Assembly: GCA_965153455.1 (NCBI GenBank)
Contig: OZ234494.1
Coordinates: 7,378,001 to 7,442,000 of the forward strand
Source of the DNA: Sphagnum compactum
Lineage: Eukaryota
Direction: 5' to 3'
Length of the DNA: 64,000 bases
Positions 37,596 to 52,404 of this stretch are shown piece by piece. Below the pieces are notes generated by a model, which searched no databases, was not told the DNA's origin, and saw only the letters and a list, made by a program, of their open reading frames with translations. How positions within the stretch are numbered: position 1 is the first letter of the stretch; the number at the start of each line of letters is the position of its first letter. Both the position numbers and the translations under genes were made by a program.

Positions 37596-40282
37596 TTTCC
37601 CCTAGTGCATATGTATTGAAGATATGGAGCTCAACCTCGGGCCACCTTCCACCTAGGTTCGAGTCATCAGACCTTCTTTTTTTACTAAAGGATGCTGCCA
37701 CCTATCCTTCCTCCCGACATTTTCTTGTGGTAAGTGTTAAGGACGTGATAGGACTATGTCATAATTGCAAGAATTTGTAGAGGCAAGTGGCATTTGTGCT
37801 TGCCTGCATTCATATGGAGAACTCAATCTTTTCTTCATTCAGGAATCTTTGGTCAAATAAGTTTGTAAATCAAAGTAGAGGCAGGTTTGTGCTTATATCT
37901 GGGATGCCAGTTGGCCACCACTTTATGGCTATCATCATATCAACATTATGTCTTGTGACATTTTCAGTCAACTTCAGCCAAGGGATGTTAGATGTGAACT
38001 CTAGAAGGTTCTTGGCTTTGTGTGTAAACTTGCATATTGCTGTGATTCTTGTTCTTCTGTGCTTGGTAGTAATCGGCCTTAAGTCATGTTCAAATACTTT
38101 GGAGATGATGATTCCTGAGTCTAGTTCTTCATTGCAGTTTTGACATGTGTATTTTTCCTTTCTGGTTCTACTTTGATATCAGTTAGACTTCATCATTCCA
38201 GGGCTTCTCTTTGTGATTTTGATCAGTTAGGGCTAGTTCTTTTGTGAGTCTAGTTTTTCTGTGAGATCTGCAAATTTGATGGGTTAGTTCTTTGTGGCAA
38301 AACAGAAGACTCATTTTGTGGGGAGGGAGGGCACCCTGTTTGAAAAGACCCAAAAGCGTGACTCAAACAGGGTCTTGATGTTGTTTTGTGACCTTCCCTC
38401 AATATCAATATACATTAACTGGTCTTTGAAGTAGTTCACAGGTCTTGACACCCCTCTTCTACACAGTGACTTTCAAGTACCACTTTCAATGATACTGGAG
38501 CAATGTTTTATGTGTGAACTTCTGAGTTTTTCAAGTGCGGTTTTCCTGATAGCACACAAGTGCCTAAATTTTACACCACCAAAGTATTTGTAACAGAGGA
38601 TGTGCTTTGGAAAGTTAGAATTTTACCACTGGTACAGGTGAGCAGAACTGTATAATGGGAAGTCTCTAGTTTTCTTGTCAGTTCTGAGTCTTGATCTTGT
38701 CTCTAGAAGAGATTGTAAGTCATTTGGTTTTGACAGAAGGAGAGGCCATGGAGCATCTAGTGATGGGTAGATTTATGAGTGCAGTACCTGCACTCCTCAA
38801 ATGACCCTATTGCCATTTCCCTATGGGTGGCAGGGCTGGGACTGGGCACCTTCAACTAACGTTGGCGCATGTGCAACCAACCTCTAGTGTGTCATGGGGA
38901 ATTCTTCACAAATTTCTAGTGTGGCAATAATGGGTATACTATTCTTGACAAGCTTCTTAGGCACTTATCTGTATCATTCTAGGAATTCTGGATAAAATTG
39001 TGGAGGACCTGATCATTCAAATACTGCAGTTGACATTGTTGTTGAGAAGTTCATATTTCTCTCACAGGTGAATGTTTGTTGAGGAGATTGTCATCTCTAA
39101 TTGTTCCTGTGTAAAAGTCTGCAAATCTGAATTCTGGTGCTCAATAAATATGCTGGCTATGATGGCAGAACTACTAACAAGCACCACACCTGTTGTAAGA
39201 AGAATGGGTTACTTGCCTGATCATGTAGAATAGTATCAAAGGAGCAGTTGGTTGGGACAATGGTTTTGAAAAATGATTTGCTTGTGATTATTGCTGTTCT
39301 GTGCGCGCTTGTAGGTTAATGAATGTTTGGCATTCAACCTTGGTGCAGCATGTATTATAGCCAATTGTGAATGCACCACAAGATTGGTAAGTTTCAGACA
39401 CTGGTAGGTAGAACACAATCTTGCTACTCCCCAACAGTTAATTTGCAAAGGTGTCTGGAGAACTTCACCATGATTGGTGTGTATACCATGGCAATTTCAC
39501 AAAATCATTCTTCTGCTTTGTTTCTGAAAAAAACACTCTGAGAACTGTTTGCTGCCACAACAAGGGGGCCACCACAATGGATTCATGTTTCAGGATCAAA
39601 GGCTTTGCTAACCAGGGGTATGTGTTCTGCACTATTCATTGCAGTTTTACTTGAAGTGCTTTTAACCATCTGCCCCTACCAATGCATGGCCATTGTTGCC
39701 TGCTGTCTGCTTTCAAGCATAATTGTCACTTTCTGGGTTTTGCACACATACAAGAATCCCTGGAATTTGTGTTTCATTCAGACATTAAGTTCATGGGTGA
39801 GATTGAAAAATCTTGTCTGCTTTTCTTCCTCCTCTTCATGTGCATGATCTTCTGCAGGGCATAGGATCAAAAGACTAGGATCAGATAACAAAAAGCTTTC
39901 AGAACAAAAAGCTTTCAGATGATCACCCTGGACTGGACACACTACTAGAGAGTCCATGGCTGATTTTTGGCTGGTATGTGGCAAGTATATACTTGATGAT
40001 ATTGAGACCAATATAGCCTAGTACAAAACTGGTATTACCTCAACTCCCTACCTGGCTATTGATACGAGGCTGGTATTGCCTGAGATCATACCAGTCTCAC
40101 CACTTCTTTCATGCAAAGACCAATTCTGGTCTATATACTAGGGTTTCAGCCTTGTACCCCACCCAGCACTGGTACAAACTCCAAACCCATTTTTACACCA
40201 TTTTCAAATCTCTACTTCATCCAAAGTAGAGGTTGAATTTTCGTTGTTCTTGTCAGGCTTTGTGGAGAGCTTTCTATTGCTA

Positions 40283-40881
40283 GGGTACAACTGCCTATTA
40301 TCACTGATCACTACCCTATCATCAATCACTTTTTTAGATTTTCATCATCTGTGCTTCATTTTGAATAATGATTTAACATGTTATGGGAGTACTACCTCAA
40401 ACTCTAGAAATCATCTTTGAAGTGCAAATGAAAGAAGTAATGAAAAAATAACAAGAAGAAAAATAAGCTTTCCAACTCACAAAACATGGTTTTTCTTTTT
40501 TTCTTGTCTTTGGACCCCTCCTACTTTCAAAGCTTCTAACTTTCTCATTTCTTGTTCATTTTAAACGATTTAAAGTGCTATAGGAGCGCCACCTTCAGTT
40601 TTACAAATCATCTGAGAACTCTAATAGCAACAGAGCAACTTACAAAGAATTTTTTGAGTGTTTGAGAATTGACTTTGTAATGTTTGGTGGTTTGTTTTTT
40701 TGAGTTCTTGATCCCTCTACTTTGAAGAGCCTTAACTTTCTCAATTCTAATCCATTTTTGACAATTTTTAGTACACCAGATGCACCAATAGGAGAGGTTC
40801 AAGTTTGGTTTGGACACCATAACAACAGAGCCCTCCCCTTGGATCCAGCACTTAAGTGATCACTCATGGGCTGTTCTACCC
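40283..40881. mobile_element. ~600-bp MITE with imperfect TIRs flanked by TA
   Basis: Left TA|GGGTACAACTGCCTAT. The right end reverse-complemented reads TA|GGGTAGAACAGCCCAT. A TGATCACT motif lies just inside both ends. Confidence 0.75.
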
Positions 40882-41493
40882 TAGTGTGATTTTCATTGAG
40901 GTTTTTTCTTTTCCAAATTCCTCAATTCCGTCCACTGTTGAGTATCCCAAACATTAAATGGCGACTGCCCTAGGTGAGCTGTAGCATTTTTACAAAAATG
41001 CTACTGAGTGGCGACCTAGGAAGTGCCTAGTTCTACATATGGCTAACTTCATTATTTTAATTTCGAAAACTGGTGTAAAAATCCCCAAGAAGCACAAAGT
41101 TTTCTGGTTTTTTTTCATTTTCTGAAAATAAAAAAATCACCAGGTTGCGAAAATTCACTACCAACTTTCATGGGTTCATTGCAAGATTTCTCCACTCAAA
41201 CAGGCCTCTTCATTTGTGTCTCTGACATTGTTCTTCCAAAATCAATCAATTATAAGGCACCATGAAACACTAATTACTTGTACTATCAAATCAAATGCAC
41301 CAAAAAAAACACAAGCAATACCAAAATTAAAAACAAAAAAAAAACAAAAAAAAAGAAAAAAACATGCAAGGAAAGTTCCCCATTCATCGACTACTGTACT
41401 TTATTATAAGCTCGCACCTCCTTTTTGGCCTCTCCATGGAGGTCTCAATTGCTCCCCAAACACCAGATCCCAGCATAGTAACATAAATTTGGC

Positions 41494-41832
41494 GCTTGGG
41501 ACTTGGAACCTTTGGGACTTGGGAAATGGAATTTGGAGCTTGGAACCTAGGACTTGGTAACCCAGCACTCGAAACTGGGAGCTTTGGCACTTCGAACTTG
41601 GGACATTTTAGGACTTGGAACTCGGAACTTTGGCACTTCGAACTTGGGACATTTTAGGACTTGGAACTCGGAACTTTGGCATTGGAGTTGGAAACATTTT
41701 GTGACCTGGGAGTTGGGACTTGGAACTGGGAACAGTTTGGGACTTGGAACTTGGCCCACCCAGTGACTTGGAACTTTGGGACCTAAAGAACTCGGAATAT
41801 TTTGGGGACTTGAGGCTTGGGACTTGGACTTT
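41494..41832. repeat. Degenerate 7-mer (GGRACTT) minisatellite including an exact 46-bp duplication
   Basis: Repeated ggacttg/ggaactt. ctttggcacttcgaacttgggacattttaggacttggaactcggaa occurs at 41582 and 41628. Confidence 0.9.
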
Positions 41833-42205
41833 TTATGGAAGCTAAGGCAGCTTCTCTGGGCGGCCAAAAATGCGGGCTCCACGGGCGGCCACGTTGCACA
41901 TTAGTTGAGGTCTTATATCAGATGTTGAAATGAAAATTGAAATGAGATCCCAAAAAGTTTTAGGGTTTACATCGTCATTGTCCTATTCAGCTTTGTGCTT
42001 TGTCGTTGTAGTTGCATGTCACCGATGAGGAGACGCTTGCACGCAGGAGAGGAACAGACATGTGCATGCAACAGACGAAGAGACGAGGCAGTGAGGAATC
42101 TTTGCTGCATAATTAGTGAAGATCTTAAAAAAATGGTGTTTTTTTTCCAATTTTTGTGCTCAAGATGATGCAGATGCTGTCATAATCACATGAAGTGACT
42201 TTCAG

Positions 42206-42391
42206 ATGCTGATAATGAGAATACAAGAAAGATATGGTAGTGGTGGCCTGGTTGTAAGCATTGAAGAGATTCGCCGAGTTCTTGAGCTGGAGGCTGAAAA
42301 TGAAGGTCTACAGGAGGAGTCACTGGCAACTTTGCCTCAATTGCAGGAGGATCAAGCACGCTATTTGAAATTGCAGGAGCGTTATTTCCAG
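42206..42391 (+). CDS. Isolated exon encoding a coiled-coil-like peptide of unknown identity; possible upstream exon from the ATG at 42016
   Basis: ttcAG acceptor, open frame MLIMRIQERYGSGGLVVSIEEIRRVLELEAENEGLQEESLATLPQLQEDQARYLKLQERYFQ, CAG|GT donor. A telo-box-like TAGGGTTT lies at ~41961. Confidence 0.5.
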
Positions 42392-43272
42392 GTGCCAATT
42401 GCTGGATTTTCGTTGTGAATATTTATCTCTTTTGTTATTTTGATTTGGGAATTACCCCCGAAAGCTTGAGCACTTCTGAGCTACAAGTAGAAGCGTGAAA
42501 ATTGGTTTTTGAATGTGAATATGTTTTGGTTCTCTGAACATGGCAAGAAGTAACAGATAAAGAGATTGGATTGCTGATGGCTAAAGTGGAGGATTATGTC
42601 CTTGCCAGTCATCTTCACTTGGCTCGTTTGGGGACTCATGTCTGTGAGTATCTGGCACTTTGTTTAAAATGTTCTCTTGTCGTATGAGTGTTGTGTTTCC
42701 AAAGGAAATTCTTCTCCTCTTAAGTCTTTGGTTTTTTGGTGACTGCCTACTTGTGAGGTTTATCACAATCTTTCCTGGACAACATGTTTGTCTTGTGCAT
42801 ACCCTCAAGTTTTTGCATAAGATTTGAAGAATTGCATGTGCATTGTGTATGCAGTTCATGAACTGTCCTCAAGACATGCTGGTTTTTTATTTTCTTCAGT
42901 ATCTGGACACAATAGCTTTAGATGCTTTAGAAAGCAGGCACAACAATTATATTAAGGGACTCCCTTTCAAGCTTTTTGGTTCTGAGCTCTGTCTGGGACT
43001 TTTGCTTCATCTGTAACTCCAAAGGGGCGGAATCTTTTAGACTTTGCACTTTAAAAGGGTCTCACAGTTGAAGCCTGAGTGTTCAGCACAGAGAAGATTG
43101 GCACTTCAAGAGCTAGCAAGTTTTGTTTGTAGAATCTTAAGTTTTTGAATGCTCCTTTACATAGTGGCAGAAGTATAGATTTCCCTGAATGTAAAGTATT
43201 CTACATAGTCATCTCCTTGTGTTGTATGCTACCTGTCATCATATGTCAATAATGTGTTTATCTTTTTCATAA

Positions 43273-44422
43273 GAGATGAATTGTTGTTGGACTCTTTCCC
43301 TTATGCTGAGATCCACAATGGTGTCCTTTGGGAGGTTGAGGGTAAGGTGAGAGCCACCTTGCATCTTTAGTTTTTGTTGCCCTTAAATTTATGATTATGT
43401 TGCTGGCCCTGTTGAAATTCACTTGTGGTCTTTGCTTTTGTGAAATTACAAGCTCAATTTTGTTTTTGGTTGTTTCTTTCAGTTAGGGTTAGTTTTTCTT
43501 TGCATGCTTGTTTTAATTGATTGCTGCTATTATGTCAGATCTAAAATATTATTTACAACCTTGTTGTCAGGTGTTTCTCAATTATGTTCAGGCTTGACTT
43601 AAATTATAATTTGTAGAAGTCCTCAGTACTGTGAAGATGGTTTACATCTCTTGCCTTCCATATGCACAATGCAGTGTGATCAATGCCAAGTAAATAAATG
43701 CTAGAAATATTCACATAGCTCTCTAGTTGTTTCTAGGGGGTGTAATGGGGTGATTGCAAGTTACGCTGGTTCACTTGTGGAAAAATTAGGAGTCCATTTT
43801 GACCAAATTTTAACATTAAAATTTGACATCACCCTCTTATCATCACATTTGAAGAACTGAAGTTGATTCTTTTCAAGCAATACAAGACAGTCAAAATTCC
43901 TTCAGATTTTGTAGAACTTAGTGAAATGACAAGGTTGCAAAAATTGTTAAGATTTATTCTCCAAAAGGACTTTCTAAAGTTAGGCAATTCTATGGCTTTC
44001 AAAAGTCCATCACATTTTTGGCTCTGGTGCTCTTGATGTGGACACTGTGATTGAAACCACAGTTGAGGGTGGAGAAGATGAGGGAGTTGATGACCAAGCA
44101 GCTAAAGTTGTTGACATTGTTGACACTTTTAGACTACAGGTTTAGATCTCCACTTGATAAATGTTTTTTATCTTCACTGTAATTGTTTTCAAATATTCCT
44201 TGTTCCTTTCTAACTGTAATGTGAAGCAGGGAAATACTGAATTTTGGTATTGTTTTGGCTACTAGGAGCAACCTGCATATGACAAAAAGATGTTCATGGC
44301 ATATATCACAAAGTATTTGAAAATTCTGACTCCACTTGCTCTTGAGGGGCACCAAGCAACTTTCAAGAAGGATGTTGAATCTGCAGTCAAGTTCTTGCTC
44401 TCCAAGCTCAGTGACTTCTAAT
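43273..44422 (+). pseudogene. TCTP: Translationally controlled tumor protein (TCTP) unprocessed pseudogene; internal exons at ~43273-43346, ~44021-44139, ~44266-44422
   Basis: [72 protein letters not shown]...[14 protein letters not shown] stands where Gln is expected, the exon-2 acceptor reads AA, and the first and last exons were not found. Confidence 0.9.
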
Positions 44423-47400
44423 TGTATGTCTAGGATTATACTTTGCCTCCATTATGGTTACACAGGGTTTATTTGTTTCATCTATTCAACTATTATTTGT
44501 TTGTGAAGATATTGAATATCACTTTCTTCTTGATTCAAGTGCATTGTGAGCTTTGGGTTGTTCAGTGTTTTGGGCAAAGGTTTTGAACATGTGTCATAGC
44601 TGGCAATAAAATTATAGAGAGATGGTTGACTAATCACTGGTGATGGGTGGAACACAAAATGAGTTAAGGGTGGTGAGTCTTTTTCTTCAAATTTCTCATG
44701 CTCAGCTTTTGAATGGCTCTTGTTTATATGTACCACATATATCAACCATTTCTTCATTTCCTTTCTACACATATTAAAGACCTTGCAATATGAAGTTTTA
44801 AGTGTTAAAAAACTTCTCCCTCTCCAGTGAGTACAGTATTCTTATGCCTTTCTTATTGAAGAAGATAGCAGATTGACAGGGAAAATGTTTTGACTTGTGA
44901 CAAAAACCAGAGTCTTTGGAAGCAAACATGGGATTAGAGACAAGGAGAAATGTGCCATTCTACTTGCTACTTGACAAAGCCTGAATTGGATTTAGATATA
45001 CAGTCATCTGCAACACCCTTTGGTCCAACAAACAATCGAAGCCAATTGTCAGGTATTTTGAATAACTCAATTTTTGTTCTCATATGAGGAGATTCAAATG
45101 GCAAATGACAGAGACATTGAAGTAAGGTAGTGCAATCTGCAAACAAAATAGGATATTGAGATAGCCAAATGTGTCTAACAGTATGTTTGACAACAATGAA
45201 TAGGCTACAGATGAATATGGTTTTCCAATAGTTCTAAGAACATCCTTATGCACATAACCATGTGTATGTCAAATATGGAAGGTGCAGAGCTCACAACTCT
45301 CTTTGTTGATGGTAAGGAACTTGTGTCCATAGTGCTCATGGACAATCTGGTCCAATTACATGCACCTAGAATAAGTGGTGTGCATAGTGATATTTGAATT
45401 TGTTTGTTTTGTACACAGCATTTGGCTTTTCTTTGGATTCAGTTTAATCTTGGAATACAGACTTTGTCCTTAAGATCAATTACAAAGCATCCATGACAAT
45501 ATATGTGAAACTTTGAATCATAAAATATTTCATGATCAATTCAAGTATTGACATATATTATCTAGTGAACATGGTATTTGCCTCAAGTCCTATATGGTGC
45601 TGTGAACACAGAACATGAAAATTTTATGATGCATTCACTAGTGCTTATATTTCAAAACTACATTTTAAAAGTTTGAAAACTCTTTCAGACATGATGCATT
45701 CATCAATTGCAAATGCACATGTATAAAAAGGTTATAATATTTAATTTTGTTGAAATTATGAATTCATAATAATATCCAATGTTGTTTGTAACTTTTCATT
45801 TTGATTTTCAACTACCACTTTAAATCAAACACTTGGTTATTACCTAAATAATGCATTGAGCATATATTTTGATTGTATACATGACACTATAGACTAATGC
45901 CTCTCATCTTTGTACCAACTTTCTTAGGGTATACATTTAGATACCCCTTGTGATAGTTGTTTGATCATGAATGAATCATTGCAATATGTGTAGAATATGA
46001 CATTATGACAACAATGTTTCATAGTATTCTTTGCCAATGATAGAAATGGTGGCCATTTTGTAAGTGATATGACCTAAGAAATTGTTGATTCGATTTAAAC
46101 AATATCCATACTATTAATATATGTAATAATCAAGATACCTTTTATGGTAAATGTAAAGCTTTGTCTTATGGAAACTGCAGTGTGTTAGATATGTTTTAAA
46201 CATTTGGTTTCATACTTTGTTATAATTTGACATATCATGGCATTTTATGTTATGATTTACTAACATGCCCATAGTAGTTACACATAAAAAATTTAAATAA
46301 TCATGTTTTAAAAATTTCTTCATTTGCAAAGCATGCAAGGGATTATCAAATTAGTTTAAATTATTTTTATTTATTGTCCCCAAATAAATTGTTTTCGTGA
46401 TGATGTTCATATTTTGAACTAATGCAACATTGTATCACCCAAATAAATTAGGAAAACTTGTTGCAAACATTCTACTAGTGGTATTGATATTCAATATAGA
46501 ACACTTGATAATCAAATTTAAGAAACTTTCATTGAATTATATCAAATATACTCAGTCTTAGAATAAATAAATGTAATTGAATATGCATTGAAATAACAAT
46601 GTAGAACAAAATTGTTGTTCATATAATAATTTTATTTGGCAATACATGCCCAAAGATTTACCATAGGATTTAAGAATGACCAAAATAATTCACATATTAA
46701 AAATACATTTATCATGTTTGAAAACATATTTTAAAAAACATGTTCAACAATGAAGGTACAAAAACATTTCCTAAGGAAGTTCATTTCACCTATAATTCCC
46801 AAAACAACTTGTAGTTAGTTTAAAACAATTGGTGTACTGATCAACCATCACTTTCAACATCCATATGTAATTTTTTATGAATATTTATCCATACGTTTCT
46901 TATAATTATTTTCATATGAATAAATGGCACAATTATTCAATATATGATCACATCATTGTTCATACATAATAAATATGAAATAATACAGTTATCATCTTAT
47001 TCATAAATGCAGATGTTCATTTCAAAAACATACATGATAGATATTCAATTGATGTAGTTTTATGCCAAAATGAATAAATGTTTCATATAAATACCCACTT
47101 TACATATCTTTCCTAAAACTTATAATTAACTCCCAAAAGGGAAATTGGCATCTTGTGATAGGAACCATGTTAATTAGATCTATATCAAATTCATCAATAT
47201 ATTTGCCTACTTGTCCATATCAATATCATATATCATGTACATAAATCATTACCATAATATTTGAAGGAGACATGTTCACTTACAATACATATAAAATAGT
47301 ATCAATGTCTACTTAATTTGTAGTTTTTTATTCACAATTATTCTCATAAGGCCTTTGAATATTCAAATGTCGGCGACTACATATTTTCTAAGCCTTTCAT

Positions 47401-47839
47401 CTAATCACATGTTGCAATTCTTTCATGTATTGTTAATATCATTATGGTAATGGGTGCAGTCATAATCAAACGAGCCAAAAAGCACGGCAGGCAACCGTCA
47501 AAACTCTATAAAAATTGTAATTTTGTTAGATATATTTTTGTGGTGCCACTTTAATGCCATATTAGTAATGGGATGTAGTGTTAAATGATTAATATGAATG
47601 TTGAAGAATTCAAAACAAAGATTCAAATAAATAAATAAAGTGGGTTTGGTTTTAATACAAGACTGTTGAACTTGAACCATAGTTGCATTAAAAGCAGTCA
47701 ATTTTGTAAATGATTAAGCTAAAGATTCTCTTTATAAAGGAATTTTGATGAGAATTTTTTTGAGATGATGTTAATTGATTATCCACACTCAAAAAACACT
47801 CATAATTTCAACGTTGTGGAATTTAAGAATTTAAAAAAA

Positions 47840-48600
47840 TAAAAAAAGAAAAAAAAGAAAAGAAAATTTATATTTTAGTAATCATTCACTATTAAGAATT
47901 AAGAATTATTAAATTTGAAAGAAAAAACTGTAATACTATATATTAATTTTTCAATAATTATTATAATGTAGTATTATTTCATAATTGATTACTTATAGTC
48001 ATAATAATAATGTAAGTTTTAACTAGCCTAGGTTAACTATTTTATTATATATATATATATATATTATTATGTCACTTGAAATAACTATTATGATTTATTA
48101 TAATTGATTTTATTTTTCAATAAGTAAAATATTAATTCTGAATAAATACATTAGTCCTTTGAAAAAAATAATAATAATAAAATAACTTATTATATTTATT
48201 TAGTACTTAGTTCAATAATTAAAAAATAATAATACATAGATATGAAAATATAATAAAATTATAATTGGAAGTAGTAATTAACTTAGGTTAATTATTTTTT
48301 TGTTCCTATTTTTATTATTATGTCAATTTTTGTTGTTGTAAATTATAAATATCGGATAATAATTTTAGTAAAAATAATGGTTTTAATTTGAGTAGTTATA
48401 TTATTATTTTTCCTATCATATTAATATCATCATCCTCATCATTATGTAATAAGTAGTATTATTTAATAATTTCAATCAATGATAAGATTGAAATTGAGTT
48501 TTTATTATATTTAATTAATTAAAATATTAATACAATATAATATAACTAACTATAAATGTCATTTACAATCATTTTAAGAAGTATAATAAAAACAACTTGG
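47840..48600. other. Second extremely AT-rich block
   Basis: Very low G/C with no ORFs, similar to 10650-12625. Confidence 0.7.
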
Positions 48601-48688
48601 ATAAACTTGTAATATGGGCACATTATATTTACTAAATATTTTTAACAATTTTAAAGTATTCAAAATATACACATAGTGTATTTATAAT

Positions 48689-48821
48689 CACTACTACAAA
48701 ATGTGGGTGTAGTTTAGTAGACCCTATTCACTAGATTAGTGAATTCACTACTTCCCCACTAGGTCTTGTTCATTGCATCTAGTGAAATCACTTAGCATAT
48801 AGGGACAATTTTGTTGTAGTG
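48689..48821 (+). mobile_element. Miniature CACTA element, 133 bp, TSD AAT
   Basis: AAT|CACTACTACAAAA...TTTTGTTGTAGTG|AAT with an internal AGTGAATTCACT palindrome. Confidence 0.92.
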
Positions 48822-49779
48822 AATATTGAAGTCATTTATGCTCATAATAATACTTGAATACAAATGTCATATGGTCATTCATATACATTCAAAATATAAA
48901 TTTGTAAATCCTAATATACCCAACTATATTCCTTAAAATACACAAAATACACCTTTGTATACTTATAAGGCTACAACTAAATTGGTCACATTTGCAGCTA
49001 ATGGGATATAAGTTGTTTTTATTAAATGAAAACTAAAGTAAATGTTGCTCACATGGAAGGATGAAAACCAAAATAATTGCAAATTAGTTGCAATGTAGTC
49101 GCAAATATGACCAACACAAGAAATAGTTGCAAAAATGAGGTAGTCATGAATGATTAATAGACACATGTAGTCACAAATAGAATGGTTACATTTGGGTCTA
49201 TTTCTATTAGTGATATGGGCTGGACATTCTATTGAACCAAAACCCTCTCCATTTGGATGACAAATTTCTGTGCAAGGATAATGGCACTGCCCATGCACCC
49301 CTTTTGCATGACTTTTGATCCCATTCAGCCCTTCTTTTAATTCATTGAATTTTGTGTGGTAATGACACCCATATTCCACCCACAAAGTTTTTTGACACAC
49401 CATGGCTTCAAAGATTGGAATTTTGTCAGCATCACTTAAATGTCAAGATGTTTTTTTTTTAATGCAGTAAAAAACTCCAACTATAAAAGAAAATTCAAAG
49501 AACAATTTGTCAATAAATGAGCCCTAAAATTTAAATAAGCAAGGAGAATAAATATGTAGTAGGTGCATACATTTGATAGTTGGATTTTGTAAAAACTTTA
49601 TCCATGCATTTCAACCACTCATTAAGCTAATTGCTTATATATGTTTTTTACTTAGAAAACCAAACCCCAGATATTTATGTTAATCAAGGTTGCAGAGGTG
49701 ATTTTACTCACCAAACCATAAGCATGATCTTATGCATTCAATTGTCAAGTTGATTATATATTCCCAAATCATAAGCTGA

Positions 49780-50020
49780 ATGCCTATGTAAATAGAAGCA
49801 GTCTAGAAATTATGTCTTTTATTGACACAAGCTAGGTTGACAAAAAGTTGCAACTCAAGTGCATAAGGCGAATGTAAATAGAAGTAGTTTAAAAACTGTC
49901 TTTTACTGACACAAGCTAGGTCAGCAAAAAGTTGCAATTTGTTCATAAGGCCAATGTAAATAGAAATAATCTATATTTTATCAACAGAAAATTGGAGCTC
50001 GTTCATAGGGCCAACAATTT
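49780..50020. repeat. About 2.5 tandem copies of an ~80-85 bp unit
   Basis: atgtaaatagaa...tgacacaagctaggt..caaaaagttgcaa...cataaggc recurs. Confidence 0.8.
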
Positions 50021-52091
50021 GAAGCTACAAGCTAAAAGTAGAATGAATGCATAATGACTTTAATACATGGACATCAAACACATATAATAACCTTGGTAGA
50101 CTTTATTTGTATTTGACATAGGACCATTAGTTCTATTCATCAATCCACACATTGGGAAGGGCAAATTGCTAATGCTTATATAGGAACTAGTGGTTTATTC
50201 CTGGAAAAACATTGTTTGTTGTTTTTATTCATTACATGTTCTTAATGTAAGCAATTATTCCTAAAATAGTCTCTTTTAAAAGGACTTCAAATCTTAGCAT
50301 TTGCACCTGGGTCAAAACAAGATAAAATATACCAGAAAAGTAGACATCTCCACTTTAACCCTACGTCTTTCATATAACTACCATAAAGTAACATCAAATT
50401 AAGTGAAAATATGTGTCAATTAGCATTAGTTGGCTCTATTAAGTTCATAAGAATCTAACTTTAAGAAAATTTAAAGTAAATGAATTTTAAAAGTAGATAA
50501 AAATTTCATTTGAAATTGACTAAAAAAATGTGTTCAAACCTACTTTTTGGTTTGAAAAATTAATGAAATTCATATGTAATAAGTTAGGAAATGAAGATCA
50601 ACATATGTTTTAGCAAGTCATTAAAAAAAAAATTATTTCCTTTTTGTAAGAACCTACTTGAAACCAAAAGCCCGCAATGAAAAGTAAATGTCAAAAGCTA
50701 CATGTATTTTGAAAAACCTACTTAAAGCATACGCATAATCGAGTGACTCACTTTTGTGACATTTTAGTTTTTTTTTTCTTGGCTACCCTTTATTCAAATG
50801 CATATGGTGATTAATATATCTTTAGATCTACTAATTGGGACTTGGATTTTAATTAACAATTTTGTTATGAAGAGAACTATGTGGTTATTTATTGATAAAA
50901 ACCTCAATTGTTAATAGTAATGAACTTTTGAAGTTGAAAAATAGGGACTAGTCATCTGATTGGAACATCACAAAACGGAATTTTTTTATATTGATTCACA
51001 ATCCAAATTTGTTATTGGGACTCAATATATGATGAAATACAAAATGATAAACTCATATCATGAATCTTTTCTTTGAAAACCTTAACCATTTAATAGTTAG
51101 GGATTTTTGAATGGTTCAAATTTAACCATATTTTCATAAGTCCATATGGGTTGCAATTTTTGTTTGTTTTTCAATTTCTTTGTCCCAAAAGCATATTTTT
51201 TGAAAGTTTTAATTGGGTCATTATTCATATGGACTTTGTGGGTTTTCCTTTTAGGACTTCCAAATTAAAAAATAACATCAACGACATTAAATATAAAATT
51301 TCACATAGATTTGGGAAGGTTGTAGGTGATTGAACATGTATTATTCAAAAATTAGAATAATGATATTTTATGAAACAATAATCGTGTGAATTTGAATAAT
51401 TTTAAAGAATCTTGTTTGGATTCATAAGGATTATAATTTTTGCCTTTTTTAAGCCATTCAATTGTGCATTCACCCTTAAAACCTACTTTTATACTTTGAA
51501 ATATGAAAATCAATGCACATTAGGGTAAACATATATCATATTTAGTCATTGAAATGAAACATTCAATGTTTCACAATTCTATAATGGGTTTTGTTGTTAT
51601 TTTAAATCTACTTGTTACAATTTTGACAAGGTAATCAAGTTGTTCACTTTATTTTGCTTACACCCACTTCAATCTACAACATTTGTTCAACAAATACTAG
51701 TTAGAACTTCAAAGCAAACACTTGTTTGAAATAACCAAATCCATTAAAATGCATGAACACATGTTTTCAGAAGTAATCAAATTACAATAATCCATGAATT
51801 ATAATCCATTGAAGGATGAACTTACTAGATAGAACAAACTTTCAATTGAACATGTTTTGTCAAACAATCCATCCTTCAATTGAACTTGTGAACATGTTTT
51901 GTCAAACAATCCATCCTTCAATTGAACTTGTGAACTATTAAGTAAGTTCAATGGATTATTGGACAAAACAAGTTCAATTGAAGGATTTAGATTTTTACAG
52001 TAATTGTACCTACACCCCTACTTGTATACAAAACATAAGCCCCTTGAACTCAATGGACATATTTTTTCAAAGGAACAATTAAAACATTAAC

Positions 52092-52245
52092 CACTATTAC
52101 AAAATGTGGGTGCAGTTCATTAATCCCCGTTCACTAAACCAGTGAATTCACTACTTTCCAACTAATCCCTGTTTTAAAAAAATATTGAATTCATAAAAAA
52201 TCTAGTGAAATCACTTGGTGTACATGGACACCTTTTGTTGTAGTG
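52092..52245 (+). mobile_element. Miniature CACTA element, 154 bp, TSD AAC
   Basis: AAC|CACTATTACAAAATGTGGGTG...CCTTTTGTTGTAGTG|AAC. Confidence 0.92.
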
Positions 52246-52404
52246 AACACACCTTGATTAATGTCTAACTACTTGGGTCTCCAAGGAAACATTAATTGTG
52301 AATAAAAAATTATACTTTTAAAAACATTCAAAACTTATTCATTAACCATAAACATCTTGAATTTAGTACATATATATAACTTTTGAAAAGGACGTGGCCA
52401 TTTA

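Noticed and set aside
41216..41882. ORFs across the GGRACTT repeat
   Set aside because: Translations mirror the 7-mer repeat and A-runs and show no domain.
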